From contig JAADVB010000086.1 in NCBI GenBank assembly GCA_023334545.1, positions 2,643 to 66,642 on the forward strand: DNA of 64,000 nucleotides. Direction: 5' to 3'. Both the position numbers and the translations under genes were made by a program. Of this stretch, positions 45,505 to 57,400 are shown piece after piece (the stretch's first letter is position 1; every line of letters begins with the position of its first letter). The notes under the pieces are model-generated. The model was not told where the DNA came from and searched no databases. It saw only the letters and a program-made list of their open reading frames with translations. This DNA is from Salisapilia sapeloensis CBS 127946. Lineage: Eukaryota; Protista; Oomycota.

Positions 45505-46099
45505 TGCCCATAAATAAGAACCGGCAGAGGGAGAGAAAACCGATTTAGTAGATATTTCCATAAAGTAGAACAATCCAACGAAAGGAGCCTATTTGGATTA
45601 GTTGAGTCTTTAAAACACAGCATGAAGTACTTTAAAGGGCCAACTGTGTTCAGATGATATTTTTTCGCCGCTATCGTGTTTAGTATCGTATTTAGCTCAA
45701 TAGATAGCGAGGTTATATCCATTTATAAGTATCGATTGATGATTACTATACCCGAAGTGTATCCTTCCACGATATAACTTCGCTAAATTCTTCTGCATTT
45801 AGCCCACCCTTTCGATTGACATGCCAAAGTCCCCGCAAGGCTAACCATTGCACGTTGCCTGTACTCCTATACGATCAAGCTTGCTATTCTACAAAGTACT
45901 TTCTAAGAATTTTTTTATACTTTTTTACAAGCCTTTTAGATGAAATTTATTTTCTCCCAAACTTATGCTTTTAATATGTTTAGCGAACGTTCATGAAATT
46001 GTAAGGTGGCTTTAAACGAGGATATTAAGAAATGAAGCCTATCTTCAATTCCATGTTTTCAGTTTGGGTATTAAAAGTAATCTCTACTTCACCAGGCTA

Positions 46100-49000
46100 A
46101 AAGTATATTTTTCCATCATTCGTTCAGTTACAAAACGACGACGTGATCCCAAATTGCGAGCTAGCTCAAGGACTGATGAGATTGGAGCACACAAGAAGAT
46201 GGAAGCTGCGTCTACTTAGACATGTTCAGACCAATATGATGAATTGTTTAAAATGACTCCAGCTTGTCGATATACGCAAGAGCAGAATAGCATGGCTTCC
46301 TGAATGTATCATACCAACAGCATACATTTCATTCGTCTCCTGAGGTTTTAGTCAAACAGGAGTAGCTCATACGCACGACTTGAGCTAGTAACTTGACAGT
46401 ATTTAATGTAAATTAAGAATGTGATCGAATGTGTACGCTAGAGACTTACGGATAACGTGCTTAGATCATAAACGAGTATCTTGGGTCGAATCGTACATGA
46501 GGAGCTCTTGCTACATCTAAAGTCGTGAAAGTCATCACAAATAGTTCCAGCAAATGCATTGAGTATTTTCTGAGAAGAAGCTACGTCTATAGCGTACCCA
46601 CGAAAGTCAATATGACTTCCGAGTTTAAGTCAATTGACATCCTTCTGCACTTTATACCCACTTCGTGCTGCTGAGTATCTGTCAAAAGCGATAAAGTGCA
46701 TTTGAAAGGTACAAGGAATCCAAGTTTCTACTTCATTCAAACATTAAAAGGAACTTCAAATAATACTTTGTTTACGATGTGAATAGTTCCATGAGGAGCT
46801 ACCATTACGTACATGACTGCCACCTACTTATCTATCATCATCTACATAAGAGTGGATAACATCTTTCTTAAAAGCAAGATTCAAAGTGAAGTTCGTTTAA
46901 TTTATCTTTGATGAATTGCTCATGCTAATCTGCCAAGACCTACCCAGGCTACCAAGGACACGCTCTTAATCCTACTTTGTCTTACAAAAAGGTGAATCGT
47001 ATGATCATCCAGCAGCTTTATCGGTGTGTACTTTCTTAAGGCAAACGAGCTAGTTCAATTGACCCCCGATGAAGGCTGCAATAGCAACGTCAGTCTAGAC
47101 ATAGTGGGTAGAGATGTAGTTGCACTATTTTGCTTTCAACAATAAAAGCGTCTGGGTGTTTACGAAGAATCTAAAAGTCGACTGAGATCGTTCAGTTCTA
47201 TATTGATGTCAGTACTCACTTGCCTGGCTGCTTCTTCAAAGAAGTTAGATCCAGTTCTATTTGCAATTTTAAAAGTCTATCAAAATGGTAATAAACTTAC
47301 GCAGCATCTAAAATCACCTTTCGCGCTAACAGATTTATCTACACAATAAATTGAATATAGGCGGTATACATGTAAGTAGGAGTGGTAAAGATCTTATGAC
47401 TCACAAATAACTAGCTTCAGAACATTGACTAAAATTCCAGCGAAATTTCGCGTTATAGTAATTTTTGCCATTTAATGAATGACTGATGCATATTCCGCTT
47501 TACATCTTAAGAATTAATATTACTCCGCAATAATGTGCACTAGCCAGAGCTATATCAGTGGAAGATAACACTTCAAATTCGCTCTCGATTGAGTCGGTAT
47601 CATCTCGTTATTAAATACTGCTAAATACATATTCACCAAGGTCCGAATACAAAGCATCTAACAAGGGCTGATATAAATATGAATGAGCCTCTCATAATAT
47701 ACGACGAGGATAGTCGCCGAATGCACAAGTCGAAGCACAAAAGAAATGAACTAAAACGTATACGATACTGCATTCATAACATAGGCTATAGCTTGCAAAA
47801 AGGATCATATATCTAGTCCGAAATACGGAAACTAACTGATGATACTTTATATATGCTCTAGCAGGATAGTAAATAATGATAACTTGGACGTACAGTCGTC
47901 TTCCAATCGCTGCTGGAGCAGTTTTGCAAAAGTCTAGCATAAAATATAGGTAACGGTACCATATGCGTAAGATGGCCCGCTCAATCTGTTGGCTACTACC
48001 ACAGGCCTGCTCTGTCTGAGCACATAAAAGTAGTTCGGTCAATTTAAAAAAGATGACATAAACGTTAAAAACTGAAAAGAAGAGGATAACGACGATGTAT
48101 CATTGGATTTTAACCGATCATGTCAAAGCATGATCTTGTTCCTAATACGCCTGTTGAAAGAACACGGACAATGCCGCATATATCTGCCCATTAGCACGTT
48201 ACGAACTACTAGATCATTGCCAGTATATCATACAGTATGTTTGCTTTGAATTGAATTAAATTTATGCGTTTAGTCAGCTATCTACGTATAATGTAGCGCT
48301 TGGCAGCAACATTGCATCAGGACCAATTTTGAATAAACAGACACGTTTTAATAGCTCATGACATCATATATACTGAGATTGGTTATCAAGATCGATTAGG
48401 CTCATTGGACTAACTTGGCATGTCCATCTTTACTGACTTAAATGGTGTAACGGAGTAAAAGCGCTAGCAATTTGTCTTAGAAATGTTGAATAGCCCCACG
48501 GACGTAGACTACGTAGCTGCAACTTGTGAGATTTTAAATCTGAAACCAACGGCCTATCACATCGCAGCTTATCTGTGTCATACTACTTTAGCAAAGTGAA
48601 TGAGAATAAACACTGAGAGTGGACTTTGTTTCAAATAAGTTTCCCTCCAGTCGGGGAAGGCCTTGCGTAGAGTTGCGATCAAGTCACGGATTGCCGTGGG
48701 ACCCACAGCAATAACATTGACTAATGTCTTGTGACATTCATCGTTGCACAACATTAAGCTATATACGCGGAGCAGTCGTGCGAGCTTAAACACAAAAGCT
48801 TTTCAACAGCAAAAGAATCGCAGAACCGATGGTAACATCAATCTGTTGTTGCTAATCCTTTGGAAGGGAAGTTGATCAGGGAGGAGCATGATGTGCAAAA
48901 TATCAAGGTTATCATACAGCGTTTAACGCTCTATTTGAACTTGCTACATACAAATCGATGTGAAACTTCTTTAAGACATCATACTAGTTTCTTAGTAGCA

Positions 49001-49250
49001 ACTAGAACAGACAATCCTGTGTTCTACCATTGAGGCGGATTATTGGATCAATACATACTCTTTTTCGCTATTAAATAGGTTTTTAAATCAAGAGTACAAG
49101 TCCAACCATCACCACTATTCTAATAAAGTTTCTCTCCAGCACCAAGCATCCGGAATGCACAACGCAATATTTGTTCACCAAATTGTTTACCGGTTAACAT
49201 TCATTCTACTCACTATTCATTCCAGCTGACCTTATTTTGATGCAGAATAT
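46100..49250 (-). pseudogene. Unidentified decayed multi-exon gene fragments
   Basis: Minus-strand GTAAG/GTGAG/GTACG donors and YAG acceptors bound protein-like pieces with stops, e.g. GSHIDFRGYAIDV..RPKILVYDLSTLS|GTAAGT and LDILHIMLLPDQLPF..CC*KAFVFKLARLL..GPTAIRDLIATLRKAFPDW. Confidence 0.35.
47883..48252 (+). repeat. 370-bp direct repeat, right copy
   Basis: Matches 41521-41890 with 5 mismatches counted by eye. Confidence 0.95.
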
Positions 49251-50371
49251 TATATCCAGCGTTCAACTACTCTTAAATTTCCTTTATTCTAACAATCATT
49301 GCGGTATATCCTCGTTTCTAGCTATTTTGTAGTCCATAACTAGCATTGGCCTATTGGAGCAGCAAACTTCAGCAAGTGCCGTTTCGTGATCACTTCTCGG
49401 GCATGATTCCTTTTATTGATCTCTACCTCGAATATCATTTATTTTTCGCAGATCAAGCATGTCATGAGCCTCCACATAAGCAGTAAAAACTGTTAGGAAG
49501 ATATTGTATACATGTACGAAAGATTACTTTCCTTTTGAAATTCGAGTGGCTCTTACTTTTGAGCAATTCAGGATATCTAAACAATTGAAAATGCAGATCC
49601 TATGCCATTTTCGATTCTTATACTTGTAGTACTTTACCATGCCGCTTGGATGCATCGGCAAGCATTTTTGTGTTTGGCAACGCATATAAAAGTGTAAGAT
49701 AGCAATGTAAATTAGAGGTGATGGCCATGCGGAATCCCAATAAGACAAACATGGATGAAATACATGTACGATGGGTCTAAGAATGTCATCAGAATGTTCA
49801 CGAAACGGATTTAGATGTACAATATGCTAATTTCCCTGTGTCGTGACAACGATAGACGAAGGCACGCGTAGAAAGATATACATAGTTCATGGAATCGCTA
49901 AATTAGACCCATTGTACATTGATATTATCTAAATAGCCGCAGAATTCTGCTACGGAGTTGACTGTACCAGCATTGCTTTATCATTAGCACATTGGATCAT
50001 ATCAAAATGAACTCCAAAGTTACCACACCTCTCTGTTACGTACTAGTTCAAACTTTAAATAAATTTTCTACATGGCATTAAGATCGCAATCACGTAAAAA
50101 GAGAAAAAAGAAGCAGTTTCGTAGCTGCGGGACGATTTGGATCTATGGAACAAATCTAAATAAGAAGAATCTCGGCGATAACTAGTCTTGTTGTGCTCTT
50201 GTGCGGTCGCGGCGACGCTTTATAAGCACTAGCTGCGACATTCCTGATCTTGTGCGCATGTCGATTTCTCTTCTACGAAATATGACGCCACTGTCTTATT
50301 ATTCCGGCTAGCAAAGGGTTGATCTGTGATGTTTCCATTCCGCTTACTTCTCCCGCGAGACAACACTGATC

Positions 50372-51409
50372 ATGAAATTCAGTCTGCTGTTCCTAGCCAG
50401 CTTTCTCATCGCTAGTGTGGCATCCTCCAAAGTGTCATGCGATATGGATCCACTACCAAGCAAGACACCATCGGTAGCATATCAAACCTCTCGCCCGTTT
50501 GAGGTCAACATGGAGATTTTGGATACAGTCCCCGAAGCATCAGGGCTAGGAACGTTATCTAGCGACAGCTCGAGTAGCTCTATGGCAGAGACACCGTTCG
50601 AAAGTCCAATTGCCATGCCAATGGAAACCAATACGACCACTAACGAAACTGCTCGTGCCATAATGCCTGAAGATACCTCAATGGAGGCATCCGAAGACGA
50701 CTATGACATACAGCCTTTGATCATGGGAGGGAACAAGGTACCAACCGGAAGTGCAACCTTCGTTGCTGGTCTTCGACATACCGCCGACGGAGAAAGTTTC
50801 TGCGGCGGATCTCTCATCACATCCACGGTAGTGCTAACTGCAGCTCACTGCACTCTATCTGGTGTCGAATACGTCTCGATTGGATCACGTGACCGTGCCG
50901 GTTCAGATTCCGCTGCTGACATTGTCCAGGTGACATCAGTAGTCAGTCATCCGGACTACAATGCGGAAACCCAGTCAAGTGACATGGCGCTACTCTTCCT
51001 CGAACGCCCTTCGACCAAATACCTCCCAACAGCGTTAAGCTCCACACCTCCGTCGACAGGCCAAACAGCCACTGTTCATGGATGGGGAACAACGTCAGTG
51101 AACGGCCCTGTCTCGAAAGCATTGCAAAAGGTCGGTGTCCCCGTGATCAGCCACGGAGTATGCAAGCAGATGCTGGGAGACATTGACAAGTCCATGCTAT
51201 GTGCTGGTGCTCAAGGCGGTATGGATTCCTGTCAAGGAGACTCTGGTGGACCTCTGACGATCATTAAAGACGGGTACTACGCTCAGATCGGATGTGTCTC
51301 ATGGGGTGTCGGGTGTGGCGAAGAAGGTATGCCAGGTATCTATGCTGACGTCCGCTCTCTTCGTAGCTTCATCGATGAACAGACAGGATACACTGCTGTG
51401 TGGCGTTAG
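50372..51409 (+). CDS. Secreted trypsin-like serine protease (S1A) with an S/T/E-rich propeptide
   Basis: Signal peptide MKFSLLFLASFLIASVASS; IMGG mature start; triad motifs LTAAHC, SSDMALL and DSCQGDSGGP; VSWGVGCG. Confidence 0.93.
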   Translation: MKFSLLFLASFLIASVASSKVSCDMDPLPSKTPSVAYQTSRPFEVNMEILDTVPEASGLGTLSSDSSSSSMAETPFESPIAMPMETNTTTNETARAIMPEDTSMEASEDDYDIQPLIMGGNKVPTGSATFVAGLRHTADGESFCGGSLITSTVVLTAAHCTLSGVEYVSIGSRDRAGSDSAADIVQVTSVVSHPDYNAETQSSDMALLFLERPSTKYLPTALSSTPPSTGQTATVHGWGTTSVNGPVSKALQKVGVPVISHGVCKQMLGDIDKSMLCAGAQGGMDSCQGDSGGPLTIIKDGYYAQIGCVSWGVGCGEEGMPGIYADVRSLRSFIDEQTGYTAVWR

Positions 51410-51487
51410 CGAAGACATGTACTTTGTTTTTTGTTTCCATTGTTTTTTACGAATGAAGAATGAAATGCATACTCGTCCATCTCTTCT

Positions 51488-54400
51488 CTACTCGAATTTG
51501 CATGATACGACGACAGTGCCGACGCGAGATGCATCGTCCGTCGCACCGACTGCTGAGGCTGATAAGACTTGGACTTTTGCAGACACGTATCCGACAACTT
51601 TGCCACTACCATCCTCCTTCTCCTTGAGCGGGATCTGTTCTGTACGTTCAGAAGCCTCTTCGTTTTCCTTTGGCAGACGCAGAGGTGGGGAAGCAAAGCC
51701 GAGCTTGACATCCTTCCACGTCCCGTCGTCCTTGAGCGTCAGATCAATGTACGGATCCTTCTCGGCGTCCTTATAGTCCTTCGCTTTGAGAGCAAAGGTG
51801 AACGCGTCGTTCCAAACGACCGAATTCTCTCGTCCCTTCTTCGTTCCACTCATGCGTAGTTTGGACGTCTTGGTCTCACTCGAGTGTCGACCGACCTTGA
51901 CAGTCATGTACGGACGTGTCTTATTCAACTTTCCTTCCTGTCCTTGATTCTCAACGTTCGGGAGTTCAAGATTCGAGATGTGTAAGATCGTGACGATGAC
52001 TTGGTAGTCTCCCGTCCGCTTGGGCTTATCAGAAGTCAAGAGCGTGTACTCTTTCTCCGCGACAGCTCGACTGACGTTTTGCTTAAGGTCTTTCGGTTTC
52101 TCACCTGTCTTGACCCATGCATCCAAGTCCGAAGAGTACTCTGGTTCACTAAAGTCTTTCTGGAGCTGTTTCATGGGAATGGTAACCTTGCCAAACTTCC
52201 GAGCGATCGTTCCACCGTACGAATCTTTCACGATGAACGAAGCAGTTTGCTCGGATCCCTTTAGAGCATACTGTGTACGTTCTTGCCAGTCCGGGTTGAG
52301 AGTGTTGTAGAGGATCTTGGTGGCTAAGATCTCTTTGTCGTCGATGCGGACGACGCAGAAGGGGTCACAGGAGTTGCCTGCGAGAAGACCCTTGGCGCCA
52401 ACGATCTGCAGGTCCAGTTTCTTCGGCTCATAGTGCTCATCGTCAAAGTCGTCGATGACCTTGCCGTCGTCCACGAGTTTCGTCGATCGACGTCGACCAC
52501 CGAAGGGAGATCGGTCGACCATCGTCGACTGGACACCCATGGCGAGACCATGCGACGTGGACGTCACTTGCTTGAGGATGACGACGCCAGGTCCAGTAAC
52601 ACCTTTAACAACACCCGAGACGAGTCCTCCGACACCTCCCTTCATGGCGCCTTCCACTGGTTTCGTCACGATCCCCGTGATACCCTTGCCAAAGTTCTTG
52701 GCAAAGTTCAATCCGCCATCTAAAGCAGCAAAGCCAGTCCCTGACGAGCTTTCTTCTTGCTGATACGCTTCCTCTTCTTCTTCCTCTTCACTATCCGACA
52801 GATTCGATACGAAACGATCGAGCGACCCAGTGATCTTCTCTACCGTCGAGATACCCGACCTAGCAAATGTCTGTCCAAGCATCTTGACACCTTCTCCTCT
52901 CGTGTCAGCTTGTCCCGTCACTTCGTTCTTAGTGATCTTGAGGAACTCGACGACGCCAGAGCCAAGGTCTTCTACTAATCCGACGGGATTACCGATGATA
53001 TCTGCACTACCGACAACGCGGTAGGCTTGCCAGACTGCTTGTCGGACGTAGTTCTGGACGAGTTGGTTCTGCAGGCGTTCCATAGTGGAGAAGCAGCGGA
53101 CGATGAGGATTTCACTGAATTTGAAATTCGGAGAACCGCTCATGTTGGAGCCGATGAGACCGACGATCTGTCCGAGGAAACCCATGATGATCGATCGACC
53201 GTTGCCTGTTGTCGTTTGGACGATACCTCGCCTCGAGATCTCGTACTGCAGACTGAAGCTCATGGCATGGATCCTAAACGCGTCAAAGTAGACGAGATGG
53301 TGTTCGAGCGAGCCGTCCGAAGTGACTTGAATCGCAGGAACGGGAGGAAGAGGCTCATGCAGCGTCTTGTCAAGTGTAGCCATGGATGCGCGGTAGACAG
53401 TCGTGTCACTTACGAGGTACGGATCCACAAGTTTTACGAGCTTTAGGAGGTAGTCGATGTCTAACTTGACTGCCAACGCGCCGAGTTGGAGGTCCATGAG
53501 CTTGTAGACACCGACCTTGGCCGAGACGTCTGCGTCCAGAGCGAATTGGAGAACTGGTGTGGGTGTCTTATTGCGTCTGTCACTGAAGCCAGACTTGACG
53601 GGGTTGACGATGACAGGGAACTTGGCCGAGTGGAGCATGTTGTCAAGTTGGAAGTGGAGGATGGAGAAGGACCAGGTTAGTGTCGATGGTTTCTTTTCCA
53701 CCTCGATGACGTCGCAAGAGGCGAACAGGACTTCCTGCGGCAGACCATCAAAGAGCGAGAGGCCAAAGCCAGCGATACGGACGTCAATGGAGGATGCGAA
53801 GAGCACTTTACGTTGCTGGAACTCGTCCAATTCACTCGAATTCTGGTCTTCCAGTCGCTGCATCTCTTGTGCAGTCTCGACAAACGTCAGTACGCGTGTA
53901 CCTCCATCGACAGCTACTTGGACGGAGATCTCGACCTTGTCCATGGCAGAAGAGTTGTGTTCATCCTGTACACCAGGACGTTTGATCTTCATCTCCATCG
54001 GATCATGATAGCCGACGTCATCTAGTTCCACTTGCTGCTTAACAGTCTCTCCTCCCGGATGCGTCAGATGTACTTCGACGTTATGTTCCTTCGCAAGCGG
54101 ATTGTACCATGCAAACGAGTGCCATCCACCCGCTTCCACAGTCGACGAGTCTTCTCGTTTCGCACCACTGAGGAAAGAAGAGTCTCCTAGCTGTGCACAC
54201 TCGACTGTGAACGGTGTAAAGTTCTCGATACGATATGGAGGAGCCACAGAGACGTCTGTGAGTGTCACGTACACTTGCATATCAATGACTTGGACACTCG
54301 CTTGGCAGATCAGATATCGTTGTCGTGCCGACGAGTACATTTGGATATGCATATCTCCAGCAGATCCGACAGGTATACAGAACGACCATTCTTTATCCGA

Positions 54401-57400
54401 ACGATCTCCCCAACTATCGGAGAACGAAACAGACATGTACTTACTACATGTTGCCATATCCACGTTCTTCTCCAACGGACGGAAAGCATACAACGGAGTG
54501 GTTTCTTGATCTTCTAGACTTGACATAGCGACAGTAGCTTCTTCCGACTTGCGAGCATGGAAGTGCTTGTCAACTTTCTCCACGTCCGTCTCGTGACTAC
54601 TGACTGCTTGTACCCATACTTTTTGCTTGAGCCTGTTTTGAAGTACGTAGCGAGGTCCGAATGTGAGTGCGATGCTGCGTTCAAACGTACCGTAGAGTCC
54701 TTCGACCTTGACAGCCAGGACGTTCGACCCACTGTACGCTTCTCCTACCGTATTGATCGTCGTCGTGTTCATCGGGTCGGTCCATCCTGCATCTGCAAGA
54801 GACGTTTCGAGTGCAGAAGACGAGAAAGCAGCGTCCGAGACCTTTCCAAGAGATCGCCACGAGTCTGGCTTGGATCCACGCACGCCGACAGGCTTGACGC
54901 TGACTCGATCGTGCTCTAACGACGCTAGAATCGGCTGCTGGAAGGACTTGGCACGTTCCATTTCTTTAAAGTCACGTTTCTTATCGGATGGAGAAGTAGA
55001 TGCACATCCGAGATCAAACGACGTGTCGTTGATGATCCAGTACGGACTCGAGAGACGGAGGAGTCGAGGCAGACCTAGCAACGACAGGCGGTCGGCGTTA
55101 AAGGCGATACCAGATCCTAAGTCCACACGCTCTGGTTTATTTGTGGTGAAGTGCTCTGACTCGACGTGGACGGCCATGAGCATCGGATTGCACCAGTCCG
55201 AGTAGAATGTTTGCCGAGACTTGGATGAACCTTCGTGTTTGCTCACAAGACGCACAGAGATGTAGCCGGGACTAAAGGTGGAGACACCAGCGACTTCTCC
55301 GTCTCGACCAGACGATACGATGCCACACATGATGTCTGTATCTTCCTCAAGAGTGTCTGCATGCAGTAGTTTCTTGAGTCTTGTGAACTCTTCTCGAGGA
55401 TTTGTCGATCCACTAGCCTTGTACTCGACAAAGCGGTACTCGAGGTCGTACGGGAGAGCATTACGGACGACGAATGGAGGCAAGAGCGATGTCTCGAACT
55501 CGATGTGGGAACGTAGATGCCATCGACGGAGACGGAGGTTGGGCGTCAGCATCTGCACCAAGTGTGTCGACGTGTCTTCGTTCTCAGCATAGACGATCCT
55601 TCCGCCACGTTTTGACTTGACCTTTTCCTGTCGTTCCTTCTCGAACTGGTCGAGCCCTTGCACAGCTTCAAGAGACGTCATGTTGTCGCCATCTAAAGAG
55701 CCATGGACGATCCACTGGTCGGAATGCAGAGGTCGCGCGTAGATCTCGGTGATACCCATGGCTGCTGTCGCTGGTAGAGACATGCGTTGATTCGATAGGA
55801 GCGACACTTTGTCCGAGGTGTAGGCCTGTCGACCTTCCCCGCCTTGGATGAGATACTTGACTTCATACGCTTCGCTCGTGTGGTTGCACAAGGTGAGGCC
55901 GGACTCGAGGACGAGACGTTGCTCTTGTGATTTATCCAAGTACGCCGCGACACTTAGTAGCAGCGTCTCTGGCTTAGATCCCTTCGTCTGCACACGCACA
56001 TTGACGCGTCCAAACTCTGGGAGATCCACTTTTCCCTGCGTCTCTCCCCACGACTCGACTGCGAGGTACTTCAGACTCGCTTTACCTGCAACGATCGCAC
56101 TTTGCCCGGTGTATGCAACATCATCTGCGTCAATTTCGACCTTTTCCGAGCCTTCGTTTAGTTGGAGCGTCACTTTGCATCCTGTGCGGTTTTCAATCGC
56201 ACACGTCGCGTCCCGTTTCTCTTGTGCCGAGAGAGCTCGTTGCACTGCTTCTTCATGCTTTTGCACCGACGCATGCTCTGCTTCTCCATCTAGGACGTCC
56301 ATGAGAGCACGATAGAGCTTGAGTAAACTTGGCGTCACGTTGATCTGGAAGCGTTTGGCAGCTTCCATGAGCACGGCCACGCCGTTCTCGCCTTTACCAG
56401 ACGACAGCGCAGCAACGAGTTCCCATGGTTCAATCACGTCTTCCATGCAGTCACCAACGTCACTGTAGCAAGACGCGATGAGTTGCATGCCAAAGAGCAT
56501 CGTCCATTCCGATTCACTCGACGTCAAGACACCAGTCCAGTCCATTGGTTTATGAGCATCTATGTCACCAGCCCAGAGGTTGATGGAGAATTTGATGTCT
56601 TGGATAGCAAAGTCACCACGATGGAATTTATCCGGAAGCTCAGGGTCCATGAGCAAGACGTGGACCGTACCAAAGTTGCATTTCGTAATGAACTCGAGCT
56701 TCTTCTTGGGTGCGTCACAGTTGTCTCGACTCTGCTGCATCAAGTGCTCCGACTCAGTGAGTGCGTTTGCAAAGATACTTTCGCGTTTCTTCTTCGCGAC
56801 GAGACGAGCAGCACTCTGGTACTCGGATACACCTCCACAACGTGTACTGGCTTGTAGCATCCACTGGTGTATGTCACTTTGTCGCTGACGACTGTCGAGA
56901 TTCGGGATCACGAGCTTTTCGTAGACACTGCGTGCTGCTTCCCAATTCTTGAGTAGTCGCACGAGCTTCTTCTGCAGATCTAATGGACTCTGAGCACCCA
57001 GTTCATGTCGTTTCGCTCCTGTTTCTTTCGTGTAGAGCTGCCAGAACTTTTCCTGCACGTCTTCTTGCTCCAAGTACTTTTCAAAGTCTTCGTTGCTGGA
57101 GAGATTAGCGCCGCAGAGATCATCAATGACGTCTTCAAAGCGGTATTCCCCAGCACGTAAATCGAGTTTTCCATCTAAATGACCACTACCATCAAATTCA
57201 CCCACAGCACGAGATGCTTCTTGCGTCGACACGTCTGTCCTTAGGAATGCACAGAGCTCATCGAACTCAATGTTGCCGTTGCCGTCGGTATCGATTTCAT
57301 TAAAGAGCATCTTGACAAAGTAGTGCATCTCGGATTCCAACAGACTCTCACCAATGTTGACACTGCGTAGCAACGGGAGCAATTCGTCTGGTTCGATATG

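Noticed and set aside
46380-47030. Resemblance of decayed exons to the CFAP43 WD40 N-terminus (a possible lost flagellar gene)
   Set aside because: Only a few residues match from memory (KLLDDHTI, RPKILVYDL); too weak to claim without an alignment.
41521-48252. LTR retrotransposon interpretation of the 370-bp direct repeats
   Set aside because: No TG...CA termini, no evident PBS/PPT or target-site duplication, and no gag/pol between the copies.
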